A stretch of 64,000 bases of DNA from an uncultured Planctomycetaceae bacterium (GCA_963813715.1 CAWFAK010000018.1:1-64000), one strand, 5' to 3'; numbered from the stretch's first letter, positions 22,707-32,373 are shown. Program-made: numbers and translations. The notes: generated from the sequence alone by a model not told the origin.

Positions 22707-24522
22707 CTACTTCGCGCCTCGGCCGTATGGGATGCGGTCTGGGCGGAAGCGATGGTCGGCGTTGTCCCCGGCCGCCGGAGAAATCATCGCGCGCAGCGAC
22801 GCGTCCTTGATCGGTTCTTCGAGGAACCCGGTGCTGCTGTCTCCGAACGTCGCACAGAATCCTCCTTGAAAGAACCCGCCCAAGGAGGGGAGCTTGCCGG
22901 TCGGGTCGTAAGGGAGGTCCGCGGGCTTAGTCCAGGGGATGTTCCGCCGGGCTTCGACGATGGCCAAGGTGTTCGTCGTGCCGTCGGTCACTTGGCGGAA
23001 CGCGACTCCGACCTTACTGCTGAAAATCGTCTGCAGGCCCGGGCCGTCGACGTTCGCATCGACCAGGCGTCCGACCAGCACGAAGTACGCGGAATTCACC
23101 GAGCCGGGGGCGTCGGCCGGATCGCGGAAAACTTCCGGCATGTTGGCGAGCACGACTTTGTTCGCCTTGCTGTCCCACGGCTCGTCGAATTGATAGCGGT
23201 CATACAGGTTTCGCGCCCCGAGATAGGGCAGCAACTCGATCCGCCAGCTATGCGGATATTTGCCATGACCGTCTTTCCCATAGATGACGGCAGGCGGAAA
23301 ACGAAACGGCGTGACCGCGCTCGAAGAGGATGACGAATGCGGGCCGGATGTCGAAGAGCCGGACTTCACCTGGTGTGCGTCGGCCCAGTCGTGCAGTGCG
23401 ATGCACAACTGCTTGAGATTGCGAATCGATTCGTGCATCCGATGCACGGCATCCGGGTTGTCGAGCGCGAGGGGCAGCGCCGGCTGGTCGTCTGGGCCGA
23501 CGCCCGCCGCGTTGTCGGCACGGACCGGGAAACAGGCTAACGACGCGACCACAACTACGAGGAGCGCGACGGCCACGCGCGAACAGTGCGGCCGCACCGA
23601 CGAGTTGGCGATCATCTCGAATCTCCGGGCGATCTGGGACGGATTGCCGAATCCGGGCGAGGCCAGCGTGCCCAGCGCCCGGCTGCCTTGCGAGAAATCG
23701 ATGGCGCAGAGCAAAGTCGCCGCGTAACGCCGTCGCGGTGGCGACAAGCGGGCGATTGCCCAAGCGTCGCAGGATTCTTCTTGCCTGCCCTGCATTTCAC
23801 GTCGTGCCCACCACGCGGCCGGATGCCACCAGAAGAGCGCAACCACGGCCAGTGCGACCAGGTTGAAGGCCCAGTCATGACGCCGCAAATGGGCCAGCTC
23901 GTGCGCCAGCACGCATTTGAGTTGTTCGTCGTCCAGCTGCACGGCCAGGACGCGGGGAAAGACGATGGCCGGGTGTCGGCCCCGCATCCAGAGCATGGGC
24001 GTAATCGAGGCGTCAACCAGGGCGACTCGCGGCACGGGGCGAACGCCCATTCGGCGCGCCAGCTCGGCAGCCAACGACGCGAGCCGCTCAGGCGCTGGCC
24101 GGGCCATTCGCAATACGCGATCGGCCCGCGCAGGTCCGCGCAAACCCGATAAGGAGGACGAGCGTCCCGGCGAGCGACGTCGCGAGGAGCGTCCACGACC
24201 AATCGGGCTGCCAGGACGTTTCGCCGGGAGCCGTAGCCTCCGATAGCGCTGCCGCGATCACCTTCGCGGGAAGGTCGAGTTCCGATTTAGTCAGCGCCGT
24301 CGCCGCCCGCGGAGTCCGCTCGAGCCTTACGTCGGCGGTTGCCGTCGGCAGGCAGGGAACTGGAACGAGGGGCGGAACGAGCAGCTTGATCAGCACTCCA
24401 AACCAGACCCAGTGCATGAGGGCGGGCCGCCCGCGCAGGAAGCTCGTGCGTCCCGCGAGCGCGACCAGCATCGCTAACACGGTTACTAACAGGGCATTCC
24501 ACAGGACGGCTGCGAGCAGCAT
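22707..24522 (-). CDS. BlaR1-like M56 metallopeptidase fused to DUF1559 domain; frameshift near 24140
   Basis: ATG after GGAGGA; RPALMHWVWFGVLIKLLVPP; VLAHELAHLRRHD; FWWHP; EESCD; then SWRIELLPYLG..YQFDEPWDS and VTDGTTNTL...PWTKPADL. Confidence 0.9.
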
Positions 24523-24544
24523 GGCCGGTTCCTCCAACGAACCC

Positions 24545-24922
24545 TTATTCGATGCCTTCGATCAACTTGACGATGGCGTCGCGATCCTTGCGATTTAATT
24601 TCATCTTGGGCACCAGTGTGAGCAGCATCGGCGCGAGCGCACCGCCGAAATGGCTCTCGGCCAGTTTCTCCAGCTGCTGCCGCACATAGTCGTCGCGTGA
24701 GACGCGGGCCGAGAAGCGGTGGGCAAAGCCCGCTTTGTCGCACGAGATGAAACCTTTGGCTTCGAGCCGCTCCAGCAGGCTCTTCACCGTCGCGTGCAGG
24801 GCCCGCGATCGCTCCGGATAGAGGGCCTCGACGATGTCCCGCACGGTGCAAGGTTGCTTGTCCCACAGGACTTCGAGAATGGCCAACTCGGTGTCCGTGA
24901 CCGGGGCCGACTTCCGCACCAT
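24545..24922 (-). CDS. BlaI/MecI/CopY family transcriptional repressor
   Basis: VTDTELAILEVLWD...TVRDIVEALY...HATVKSLLERLEAKGFI...FSARVSRDDY...HFGG; directly upstream of the M56 gene. Confidence 0.92.
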   Translation of the reverse strand: MVRKSAPVTDTELAILEVLWDKQPCTVRDIVEALYPERSRALHATVKSLLERLEAKGFISCDKAGFAHRFSARVSRDDYVRQQLEKLAESHFGGALAPMLLTLVPKMKLNRKDRDAIVKLIEGIE

Positions 24923-24967
24923 TCCCCGCTCCTTCTTGCTCCGTGATTGATCAGACGCCGCGCTATT

Positions 24968-25022
24968 AGGCATTATGCCTGACATGTTGCGGCCATTGTA
25001 AGGCACCGTGCCTGATATGCAA
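24968..25022 (-). promoter_or_regulatory. Sigma70-like promoter (TTGCAT-N16-TACAAT) with two AGGCA-N3-TGCCT operator palindromes
   Basis: -35 at 25022-25017, -10 at 25000-24995; palindromes at 25001-25013 and 24968-24980, each followed by GAYATG. Confidence 0.75.
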
Positions 25023-25126
25023 GCCGAAAAAAATCAGGCGGCTCGAAATTGAGCGACGTCCGACCTGGGGAAATCGGAGTTGGGTACAATCAAAACGTAG
25101 GGTCTCGCACCGCAAAGGAGCCGGTC

Positions 25127-25384
25127 TTGGCAGCCAATCTCGACTCGCTGATTCTCGATTTGCTCGAATGGATCGGCCCGCGGCCCAAGGCCTACGCCGA
25201 GGTGATGGACGCGTGGCGAACGTCGTGCCCGCGGCTCACTGTGTGGGAAGACGCCAACGAACGCGGGTTTCTCGAGCGCCGCTATGACGACCGATGCGGC
25301 GCCTTGGTCTCGCTTACCCGCCGGGGCCAGGATTTCCTCGCGGCACATCGTCAAACGGGAGCGGGCGTAACAGAGAGGGGCTGA
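25127..25384 (+). CDS. Small conserved hypothetical protein
   Basis: TTG start after AAGGAG; LILDLLEWIG..P..YAEVMDAWRTSCPRLTVWEDA pattern recalled from a small uncharacterised family. Confidence 0.7.
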   Translation: MAANLDSLILDLLEWIGPRPKAYAEVMDAWRTSCPRLTVWEDANERGFLERRYDDRCGALVSLTRRGQDFLAAHRQTGAGVTERG

Positions 25385-25412
25385 TTGCGTTCGGCGTTCT
25401 GCGCCGCAAGCG

Positions 25413-25751
25413 CTACTTCGCCGCGGGCGCCTGGCCCAGGTTGAACGTGAATCCGTAAGGATCGCGGATGTAGCAGCGCGGCAGGGCCGGATCCTCTTCG
25501 ACGACCGTGCAGCCGGCCGCCAGCAGTCCGCGCTTGGCCGCCGCGACGTCGGGCACGAGCAGCTCGAACACGGGAGCGTGAGCGGCCCCCTGTTCTACGT
25601 AGAGACGAAACGCGCCGGTTTCGAAGCCGACCATGTTCGGCGTCTCGTACGCCACAGGCAAGCCGAGCACCGTACGGTAGAACCCGACGGCGTCGTTCCA
25701 TTGTTCGGTCCGCAGGATGACTTCGCGAGTCGACTGGAAGGGGCCTGACAT
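25413..25751 (-). CDS. VOC (glyoxalase/bleomycin resistance) family protein
   Basis: AVGFYRTVLGL; VPDVAAAKRGLLAAG; CYIRDPYGFTFNL. Confidence 0.85.
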   Translation of the reverse strand: MSGPFQSTREVILRTEQWNDAVGFYRTVLGLPVAYETPNMVGFETGAFRLYVEQGAAHAPVFELLVPDVAAAKRGLLAAGCTVVEEDPALPRCYIRDPYGFTFNLGQAPAAK

Positions 25752-25824
25752 CAGTTGCGTCTCAAGTTGACGAGCGAGGGAAGGTAGACGCGAAAAGCAC
25801 GTGCGTCCATCATGCGAGCGATCG

Positions 25825-25869
25825 TTGACAAAGTCGACGCGCGGACACTATAGTGAACCATATGGTTCA
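25825..25869 (+). promoter_or_regulatory. Promoter TTGACA-N18-TATAGT with perfect 16-bp palindrome TGAACCATATGGTTCA over the start codon
   Basis: -35 at 25825-25830, -10 at 25849-25854, palindrome at 25854-25869. Confidence 0.8.
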
Positions 25870-26209
25870 GTATCGCCAAGCTCGCTTCGACCGCGTCGCT
25901 GCCGCCATCTCCGATCCGACACGGCGTCGCATCATCGAGCGGCTCGCCCGGGGACCAGCCCGCATCTCCGACGTCGCTCGGCCCTTCTCGATGTCGCTCA
26001 CCGGCTTTTGCAAGCACGTGCGGGTGTTGGAAAAAGCAGGGCTCGTCCGCCGCACTCGACACGGGCGCGAGAACACGCTCGAGCTGTTTGCCGAGCCACT
26101 GCGCGAAGTGGCCCAATGGATTCTCCCCTACCGCGAATTCTGGACTGCTCGGCTCGACAGGCTCGAATCGTTTTTTGCCGCAACCCGAGACCAGGAGCAA
26201 CAGCAATGA
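25862..26209 (+). CDS. ArsR/SmtB family transcriptional regulator
   Basis: AISDPTRRRIIERLARGP..ISDVARPFSMS..GFCKHVRVLEKAGLVRRTRHGRE...FWTARLDRLE. Confidence 0.92.
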   Translation: MVQYRQARFDRVAAAISDPTRRRIIERLARGPARISDVARPFSMSLTGFCKHVRVLEKAGLVRRTRHGRENTLELFAEPLREVAQWILPYREFWTARLDRLESFFAATRDQEQQQ

Positions 26210-26640
26210 GCGAAATTGTAACGACCGTGACGCGCACCATCGCCGCACCGCCCGAGCGTGTGTTCGACGTCTGGATCGATCCGAAAAGTCCCGGGGGTCC
26301 GTGGCACGGCGAGCGAGTGATTCTCAACGCGGTCGTCGACGGTCTGTTCTACATGGCCGTGAAGCACCAAGGCCGCGTTTGGCCCCACTATGGACGTTTC
26401 CTCACGCTCGATCGGCCGCGGTTGATCGAGTTCACCTGGGTGTCGGAGGCGACTCGGGGGATCGAAACCGTGGTCGCGCTCGAACTGGCTCCCCGGGGAA
26501 ATCAAACCGAGGTAACGCTCCGCCACTCGGGCGTCCCGGACGACGAAATGGGCCGCGGACACAAAGAGGGCTGGACGATGATTTTGTCGATGCTGGACGA
26601 CGCGCTCACCCGGGGCGGTTCGGCCGCCGCCTCGCACTGA
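26206..26640 (+). CDS. SRPBCC/AHSA1 domain protein
   Basis: ATGA overlap with ArsR; VTRTIAAPPERVFDVWIDP; G.FL.LDRPRLIEFTW; TEVTLRHSG; HKEGW. Confidence 0.9.
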   Translation: MSEIVTTVTRTIAAPPERVFDVWIDPKSPGGPWHGERVILNAVVDGLFYMAVKHQGRVWPHYGRFLTLDRPRLIEFTWVSEATRGIETVVALELAPRGNQTEVTLRHSGVPDDEMGRGHKEGWTMILSMLDDALTRGGSAAASH

Positions 26641-26643
26641 GGC

Positions 26644-29286
26644 TTACGGCCGCTTGGCCGCCCGGTCCGCAGGGGAGGCTTCCGGCCCACTCGCTGGGAG
26701 GTCGATGTCGCACACCACGCGAAAGCCCCAATCGGGGCGGCGGTAGGTTTCGACGCCGTAGTAGCGGTAGCGCGCACCTCCGACGTGCGTGAAGCCCGCA
26801 CCGCGCGCCACGTGCATCGTGCCCAGCGCCGGACCTTGCGGGTCGTCGACCGGAGAGTGTTTGTAATAGTCGGCCGCCTGCCAGTCGGAGCACCACTCCG
26901 TGACGTTTCCGAGCATGTCGTACAGACCGAAATTGTTCGGGCGATAATGCCCCACCGGCGCCGTGTAGATGTACCCGTCGGACGACTTGACCCCCTTCCA
27001 GTGGGGAAAGACCGCGTGCGCCGTGGCGTCGGCGCAGTTGGAGATCTGCGTGACCTCTTCCAGGTCGTTGCCGTTGTAAAAACGGGTTACGGTCCCCGCG
27101 CGGCAAGCGTATTCCCACTCGGCCTCGGTGGGCAGTCGGTATCTCTTTCCCTCTTTTCGGCTGAGCCACTCGCAATAGGCACCAGCCTCGCGCCAGGTGA
27201 TCTGGACCACGGGATGATTGTCGTGCTGCGGGAAGCCCGGATTGCGCCAGGTGAACTGCTTGTTCGGGTCCCATTTCGCCGCGATCTCGGTGTTCTCCAG
27301 ACCTATCCCGCCGGGCATCTCCTCGGCCACCGTGTGGTAGCCCGTTGCGCTGATGTACTGCGCGAACTGGCCGCGCGTCACTTCGTAAAGCCCGAAGTAA
27401 CACGGCCGCGTGATGCGGACCTGGTGACCCGGTTCAGCACCCATCACGTATTCGCCGGGAGGAACCAGCGCGAACTTCAGACCGACCGAGTTCGTGGTTT
27501 CGACCGGCACGTGAGCGTACGCGGCCCATTCCCGCTGGGCTCGCCGCGCGGTCGGCTCGTCGAAGAGGAGCAGCAACAAGCCCGGAGTCGGGGCCGCGGC
27601 GAGCGCCGGGTTGCCGGTGGGCTGAGACTCCTGCGGACGCGAGTCGGCGGGCTTCGTCGCAATTGGGCTCGCTCCACTGACGCTCGCCGGAGCGGGGCTC
27701 GCCGCGACCACCGGCTGCGCGGTCGCCTGGTCGGACGCTTTTGCCCCAAGCGGTTTTGCCCCGGCCGAAATGGGTATGACGATGAGATCCGAGTCGCCCA
27801 GCCGAGCGGCGACAGTAGGCCCGGCCAGCGAGACGCTGACGACCTCCTTGTTGCCCCTCTTGAGCTTGAACTTCTCTGTTTTGAATTTGAGGTCCCCGTG
27901 CGTGATCGTCAGCTCGTGCTCGCCCGGCTCGATCGAGATCTGCTCGCTTGCCTTTCCCGTCAGCGTGATGCTCGAGCCTTTGAAGGCGACCTGGATGCCT
28001 GGATCCTTGATGTCGATTTCAACGAGCGTTTTGCCCACTTTCATATACAGCACGACGGCCGCCGCGAGCACGCCGACCGCCACGGCTGCGGACCCCACCG
28101 CCCACCATGTCCGCGAATTCCGACGCGGCGTCGGTGCCGGCTTGATCGACTGATCGCGGACGATGGCGGCAAGTTCCGCGGCGACCTCCGACAGCGAGCC
28201 GAAGCGGTCCTCCGGTTTTTTCGCCAGCATCTTCAGGCAGACCGTTTCGATCCGCGGATCGAGACCGGGGCGGTACTGGCTGGGCGGGGTCGGTTGCTTC
28301 TCGATGATTTGTCCCATCACTGAGGTCAGCGAGCCGACGAACGGGACCTTCCCCGTCAGCAATTCATACAGAATCACACCAAGACCGTATTGGTCCGTGG
28401 CCGGGCCGATCAGCGCCTGGCTTCCTTCGACCTGTTCGGGGGCCATGTAAGCCGGGGAGCCCAGGATCACACCCGTCTGCGTGAGGCGAAAATCGTCCTC
28501 CGAACGAGTTTGGTGGGCCAGGCCGAAATCCATGATCACCGGTTCGCCGTGACGATCGACCATGATGTTCGACGGTTTCAGATCGCGGTGCACGATGCCG
28601 TGGTCGTGCGCCTCCTGCAGCGCCTCGGCGAGCTTGCCGACGGCAACCAGGATTTGCCGCATGCTCTGCGGCTTGGCCGGATTGACGAAGTCCGACAGCG
28701 GCCGCCCCTCGATGTAGGCCATCGTGATGTAGTGCTGGCCCTCGATGTCGCCGACGTCGTAGACCGGACAAATCCGCGGATGCCGAAACGCGGCGGCCGC
28801 GCGGGCCTCCCGATAGAACCGGACCAGCGACTCCTGCTCCGAGTCCGCGGAGAACTGCGGCGTTTTGAGCGCGACTTGCCGCTCGAGCTGGGTGTCTTGG
28901 GCGAGATAGACCGTGCCCATCGCCCCCTTGCCCAACGAGCGAATGATCTGGTAGCGGCCGAATTGTCCCGACAAGTCGCTCTGGCTCGATTGCCCGTCGC
29001 GCGCGGCGCCCGCCGATCGCGGCGGCAGCGTCTCTCGGCCGGGCTGACTGAAGACACCCGTGGAGATTTGCGAGATGTCGCGGAACGATTCGGCGGCGAA
29101 GCGGCGAAGTTCGTCTTCGGTCGTAATGAATTGACGCAGCTCGTCGGCGATTTCGGGATGCTGTGCGACGAAGTTTTCCGGCTCGACCGGTTCGCCGCGA
29201 TCGACCCGGTCGAAGTACTCCTCGAGCGCCGCCTGCAGCCGCGGATCGTTCGGTACCGGCAACTTTCGGGGGGCTGAGTCGTTCAT
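26644..29286 (-). CDS. Ser/Thr protein kinase - TM - formylglycine-generating-enzyme (SUMF1) domain fusion
   Basis: LGKGAMGTVY, VALK, HRDLKPSN, DFG, YMAPE; TM WWAVGSAAVAVGVLAAAVVLY; YRLPTEAEWEYACRAG, PNNFGLYDMLGNVTEW, GFRVV. Confidence 0.93.
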   Translation of the reverse strand: MNDSAPRKLPVPNDPRLQAALEEYFDRVDRGEPVEPENFVAQHPEIADELRQFITTEDELRRFAAESFRDISQISTGVFSQPGRETLPPRSAGAARDGQSSQSDLSGQFGRYQIIRSLGKGAMGTVYLAQDTQLERQVALKTPQFSADSEQESLVRFYREARAAAAFRHPRICPVYDVGDIEGQHYITMAYIEGRPLSDFVNPAKPQSMRQILVAVGKLAEALQEAHDHGIVHRDLKPSNIMVDRHGEPVIMDFGLAHQTRSEDDFRLTQTGVILGSPAYMAPEQVEGSQALIGPATDQYGLGVILYELLTGKVPFVGSLTSVMGQIIEKQPTPPSQYRPGLDPRIETVCLKMLAKKPEDRFGSLSEVAAELAAIVRDQSIKPAPTPRRNSRTWWAVGSAAVAVGVLAAAVVLYMKVGKTLVEIDIKDPGIQVAFKGSSITLTGKASEQISIEPGEHELTITHGDLKFKTEKFKLKRGNKEVVSVSLAGPTVAARLGDSDLIVIPISAGAKPLGAKASDQATAQPVVAASPAPASVSGASPIATKPADSRPQESQPTGNPALAAAPTPGLLLLLFDEPTARRAQREWAAYAHVPVETTNSVGLKFALVPPGEYVMGAEPGHQVRITRPCYFGLYEVTRGQFAQYISATGYHTVAEEMPGGIGLENTEIAAKWDPNKQFTWRNPGFPQHDNHPVVQITWREAGAYCEWLSRKEGKRYRLPTEAEWEYACRAGTVTRFYNGNDLEEVTQISNCADATAHAVFPHWKGVKSSDGYIYTAPVGHYRPNNFGLYDMLGNVTEWCSDWQAADYYKHSPVDDPQGPALGTMHVARGAGFTHVGGARYRYYGVETYRRPDWGFRVVCDIDLPASGPEASPADRAAKRP

Positions 29287-29496
29287 CGGTCGGCTTCCGT
29301 GTGGCAATCCTGAGCAGGCGCTGGAAACTCGGGCCGCTGTCGCCTCACCGCGACGTCTTCGTCACCGCCACCTCCGCATCGTCGCACAGGTGTTCATCAT
29401 CGGGATTCGTGCGGAGGAATTCCAGTTGTCGAAGCGGCTGAAACGCAAGCAAGAGCGCCGCGCAGTTTCGGCGTTCTTGCCTGGTATCGCGTCGCC

Positions 29497-30198
29497 TTAG
29501 CCGGCGATGGGCGTCGGCGAATCGGCGGCGGGAACCGCGGTCGGTGCGTCGTCGACCGGCACCTGCGAGACCACCGCACTCGGATCGGCGGGAGCCGGCG
29601 GCACCAGCGCCGCGACGGGATCGATCACCTCGGTCACGTTGCTGGGAACCATCGTCGAGGTCACCGGCGGGAAGAGCGGAGCGTTAAGCGTAGCGGGAAC
29701 ACTCGCGGTGCTCGGGTATCCGACCGTGCTGGTGTAATAGGAATACGGATTGGAGTAGTAGTACGAAGGCCCAACTTCTCCGCCCACGTATCCGCCACCC
29801 CAGCCGCCCCAGTAGCCCGGGCCCCAACCGCGGCGACCATACCATCCTCCGCGATTCCAGCCCCAACCGTGCCCGTAGCCCAAACCGTGTCCGCCGTATC
29901 CCCAGCCGTGGGCGTAACCGTTGTGGCGATAGCCGGCGTAACTGTGGGCGAAGCTGTGATTGCCGAACTGATGACCGGAGTGCCCAGCGGTGCCGCTGTG
30001 GTGAGCGAAGCTGTGAGTCGAGGTGTGAGCGTGTCCGCCATGCGACGCATGCCCGCCATGTCCCCCGTGAGCCGCATGCCCGCCATGTCCGCCACCGTGC
30101 CCCCCATGTCCCCCGCCCCCCTTCGCGAAGCTAGGCGTTCCCACGAAGAGCGTCACTGCCACCACCACGGCCGTTCCCAACAGATGAGTGCATTTCAC
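29497..30198 (-). CDS. Secreted Gly/His/Tyr/Trp-rich low-complexity protein
   Basis: Signal peptide ending SFA-KGGGGHGG; GGH repeats; GWG/GYG tract; YYYSNPY; Pro-rich tail. Confidence 0.75.
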   Translation of the reverse strand: MKCTHLLGTAVVVAVTLFVGTPSFAKGGGGHGGHGGGHGGHAAHGGHGGHASHGGHAHTSTHSFAHHSGTAGHSGHQFGNHSFAHSYAGYRHNGYAHGWGYGGHGLGYGHGWGWNRGGWYGRRGWGPGYWGGWGGGYVGGEVGPSYYYSNPYSYYTSTVGYPSTASVPATLNAPLFPPVTSTMVPSNVTEVIDPVAALVPPAPADPSAVVSQVPVDDAPTAVPAADSPTPIAG

Positions 30199-30466
30199 GG
30201 CAAGTCCCCCATTCTTCGACTTGGCTTTGATTGGCTGCGTTATTGATTCGCGTTGTTGCTAACCGGACAGCCAAAGAAGCCCCGAAGCGAGGGAAACGAG
30301 TGTGATTTTCTGAAAAAAATCTGGGGGGGATTCATGGGATGGACGCAAGGCATTGCAGCATAAGTGCTTATGCACTAAGCGGCCGGCATCGAAAGCGTGC
30401 GCAAATCCGGAATCAGACGAGAGACCGCTCTGCGCAAGCCGCGATACCGGACGACCAGACCGGCAG

Positions 30467-30629
30467 TTACGCAAACGTCGAACTGCTGAGCAGCTCGCGC
30501 GTTGCCGGGTGGGTCGGTGCGTCGAAGACTTGCTCGGGCCCACCCGACTCGACGATCACGCCGTCGATCATCACATGGACGTTCGTCGCCACGCGGCGAG
30601 CAAACGCCATCGCGTGAGTGACGACGAGC
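30467..30629 (-). pseudogene. Displaced duplicate of the ABC ATPase 3' end
   Basis: Encodes [53 protein letters not shown]; direct repeat of 31261-31395. Confidence 0.85.
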
Positions 30630-31395
30630 GTAGACTTTGAGGAACGCGATAACTTATCGAGCTGGCGAACATGCGATCGGCTTACGCCTATAGAGTACAT
30701 GCTCGGTCTAATGTGTCGAATTGGCGACGGACACGCATGTCGATGATCGTGACACACGACCTGCGTTTGGCCGACGTCGCTGATCGTCAGGTCGCATACG
30801 AAGGCCGAGTGTCGATCGATCCGTAGCCCCGTCGACGCGAAAGCCGCCTTCGCCGCCGCCGTGGCGACTGCTTTGATCGTCGCCGAAACTGTACGAATAA
30901 TTGAATGATATCAGGTCCCTCTGAGTCTCGAGATCGACGAGGAAGCCCCGTAGTGCAGGAGGTAAGCGTGCGTCGATGAGTGACGAGCGGTACGCCCACA
31001 GCGGGCGGCGGCTTGAGGCCCCTGATGAAGTCCAATCCGAACAACTTGCGATAAACCCATCCGCCGGCGAGAAATAGCGTCCGTCGAGCAGGCGAACGTC
31101 GTGAACGGAAAGGCTGAAAGTACAAGTCGCCCCGTCAGACATCCGAACGAGGATCTCCTTTGCGTGTCATGAACCGTGTGCCGCCGATTTTGAGTTTTGT
31201 GAAATCACTGCTGTGATAATACGATAGGCAGCTACCCGAAGGTCGACGCGAGTAAGAAATTCGCGAGTGGCGGGATGGGTCGGTGCGTCGAAGATTTGCT
31301 CGGGCGCACCCGACTCGACGATCACGCCGTCGATCATCACATGGACGTTCGTCGCCACGCGGCGAGCAAACGCCATCGCGTGAGTGACGACGAGC
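30495..31395. repeat. 135-bp direct repeats (30495-30629 and 31261-31395), offset 766 bp
   Basis: 89 bp identical (30541-30629 vs 31307-31395) and 6 mismatches in the remaining 46 bp. Confidence 0.92.
30708..31142 (-). CDS. Hypothetical protein inside the duplicated-end cassette (possibly frameshifted; true end uncertain)
   Basis: ATG 12 nt after AAGGAG; protein-like segment LISFNYSYSFG...GGGEGGFRVDG; no recognised family. Confidence 0.45.
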   Translation of the reverse strand: MSDGATCTFSLSVHDVRLLDGRYFSPADGFIASCSDWTSSGASSRRPLWAYRSSLIDARLPPALRGFLVDLETQRDLISFNYSYSFGDDQSSRHGGGEGGFRVDGATDRSTLGLRMRPDDQRRRPNAGRVSRSSTCVSVANSTH

Positions 31396-31976
31396 ATCGT
31401 CTGACCCGACTTGGCCAGGTCGGCCATCACGGTCAACACTTCGGCCGTCATCTTCGGATCGAGCGAACTGGTCGGCTCGTCGAAGAGGATCACGTCGGGC
31501 TGCATGGCGAGGGCCCGCGCGATGGCCACCCGCTGCTGCTGGCCGCCGGAAAGTTGTTGGGGGTAAGCGTCGAGCCGGTCGGTCAGGCCGACGCGGGCCA
31601 GAAGCGCCTCGGCCTGGCGGACGGCTTCCTCGCGCGGCTTGCCGAGCACGTGGATCGGCGCTTCGATCACGTTTTCCAGCATCGTGCGATGGGCGAAGAG
31701 GTTGAACTGCTGGAACACAGTGCCGACCGAGCGGCGCAGCGTCCGCAATTGCTGCTCGCGACTGGCGCCGTTACCGGCCGTCAACCGGGCGTCGCCGACG
31801 GCCACCTCGCCTTCCTCGAAAACTTCGAGGCCGTTGACACAGCGGACGAGGGTGCTTTTACCGCAGCCCGACGGACCGATCAGCACGCCGACCGTCCCCC
31901 GCTCGACGCGCAGGTTCACCCCCTTGAGGACTTCGCGTCCTCCGCGCCGCTTGATGAGATGGGTGATGTTCAGCAC
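31167..31976 (-). CDS. Polar amino-acid ABC transporter ATP-binding protein (GlnQ-like)
   Basis: [53 protein letters not shown] start inferred. Confidence 0.92.
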   Translation of the reverse strand: MLNITHLIKRRGGREVLKGVNLRVERGTVGVLIGPSGCGKSTLVRCVNGLEVFEEGEVAVGDARLTAGNGASREQQLRTLRRSVGTVFQQFNLFAHRTMLENVIEAPIHVLGKPREEAVRQAEALLARVGLTDRLDAYPQQLSGGQQQRVAIARALAMQPDVILFDEPTSSLDPKMTAEVLTVMADLAKSGQTMLVVTHAMAFARRVATNVHVMIDGVIVESGAPEQIFDAPTHPATREFLTRVDLRVAAYRIITAVISQNSKSAAHGS

Positions 31977-32373
31977 GGCGGTCTGCTTTCTGGCGGCGAA
32001 GTCACATCTTGTGACTTTTATTAGCCTGGGCTGTGTTGACACTCGCATTCTTTTGCGAGCGTCCGCGCCTCGCACTCTATTGAGTTGGCCGCCCACTTTC
32101 TACGGATCCTTTTGCGGCCCGCTGGCCCGCTTTCAATTTCCCAATGAACCCAGCGCAACGCATCGCCCGCAGATTCTGCGAAGACACGGCACAGCTTAGC
32201 CTCCCCTTTGCCCTGCCTCACGATCCGCGGGCGTTAGCCTAAACAGGTGATTGAAGTCACCAAGTGAAATGCCGTATGCTTAGGCGACTCGCCCAGGCGG
32301 CTTGGCTGGCTGCCGGCTCTCTGCTTTGGCCTGCCCCGCGCGACCACCCTTCCGAGGACAAAGGCACACCGCG

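Noticed and set aside
30495..31395. 135-bp repeat pair as a DGR TR/VR pair
   Set aside because: Differences are mostly synonymous and not adenine-specific, and no reverse transcriptase is present.
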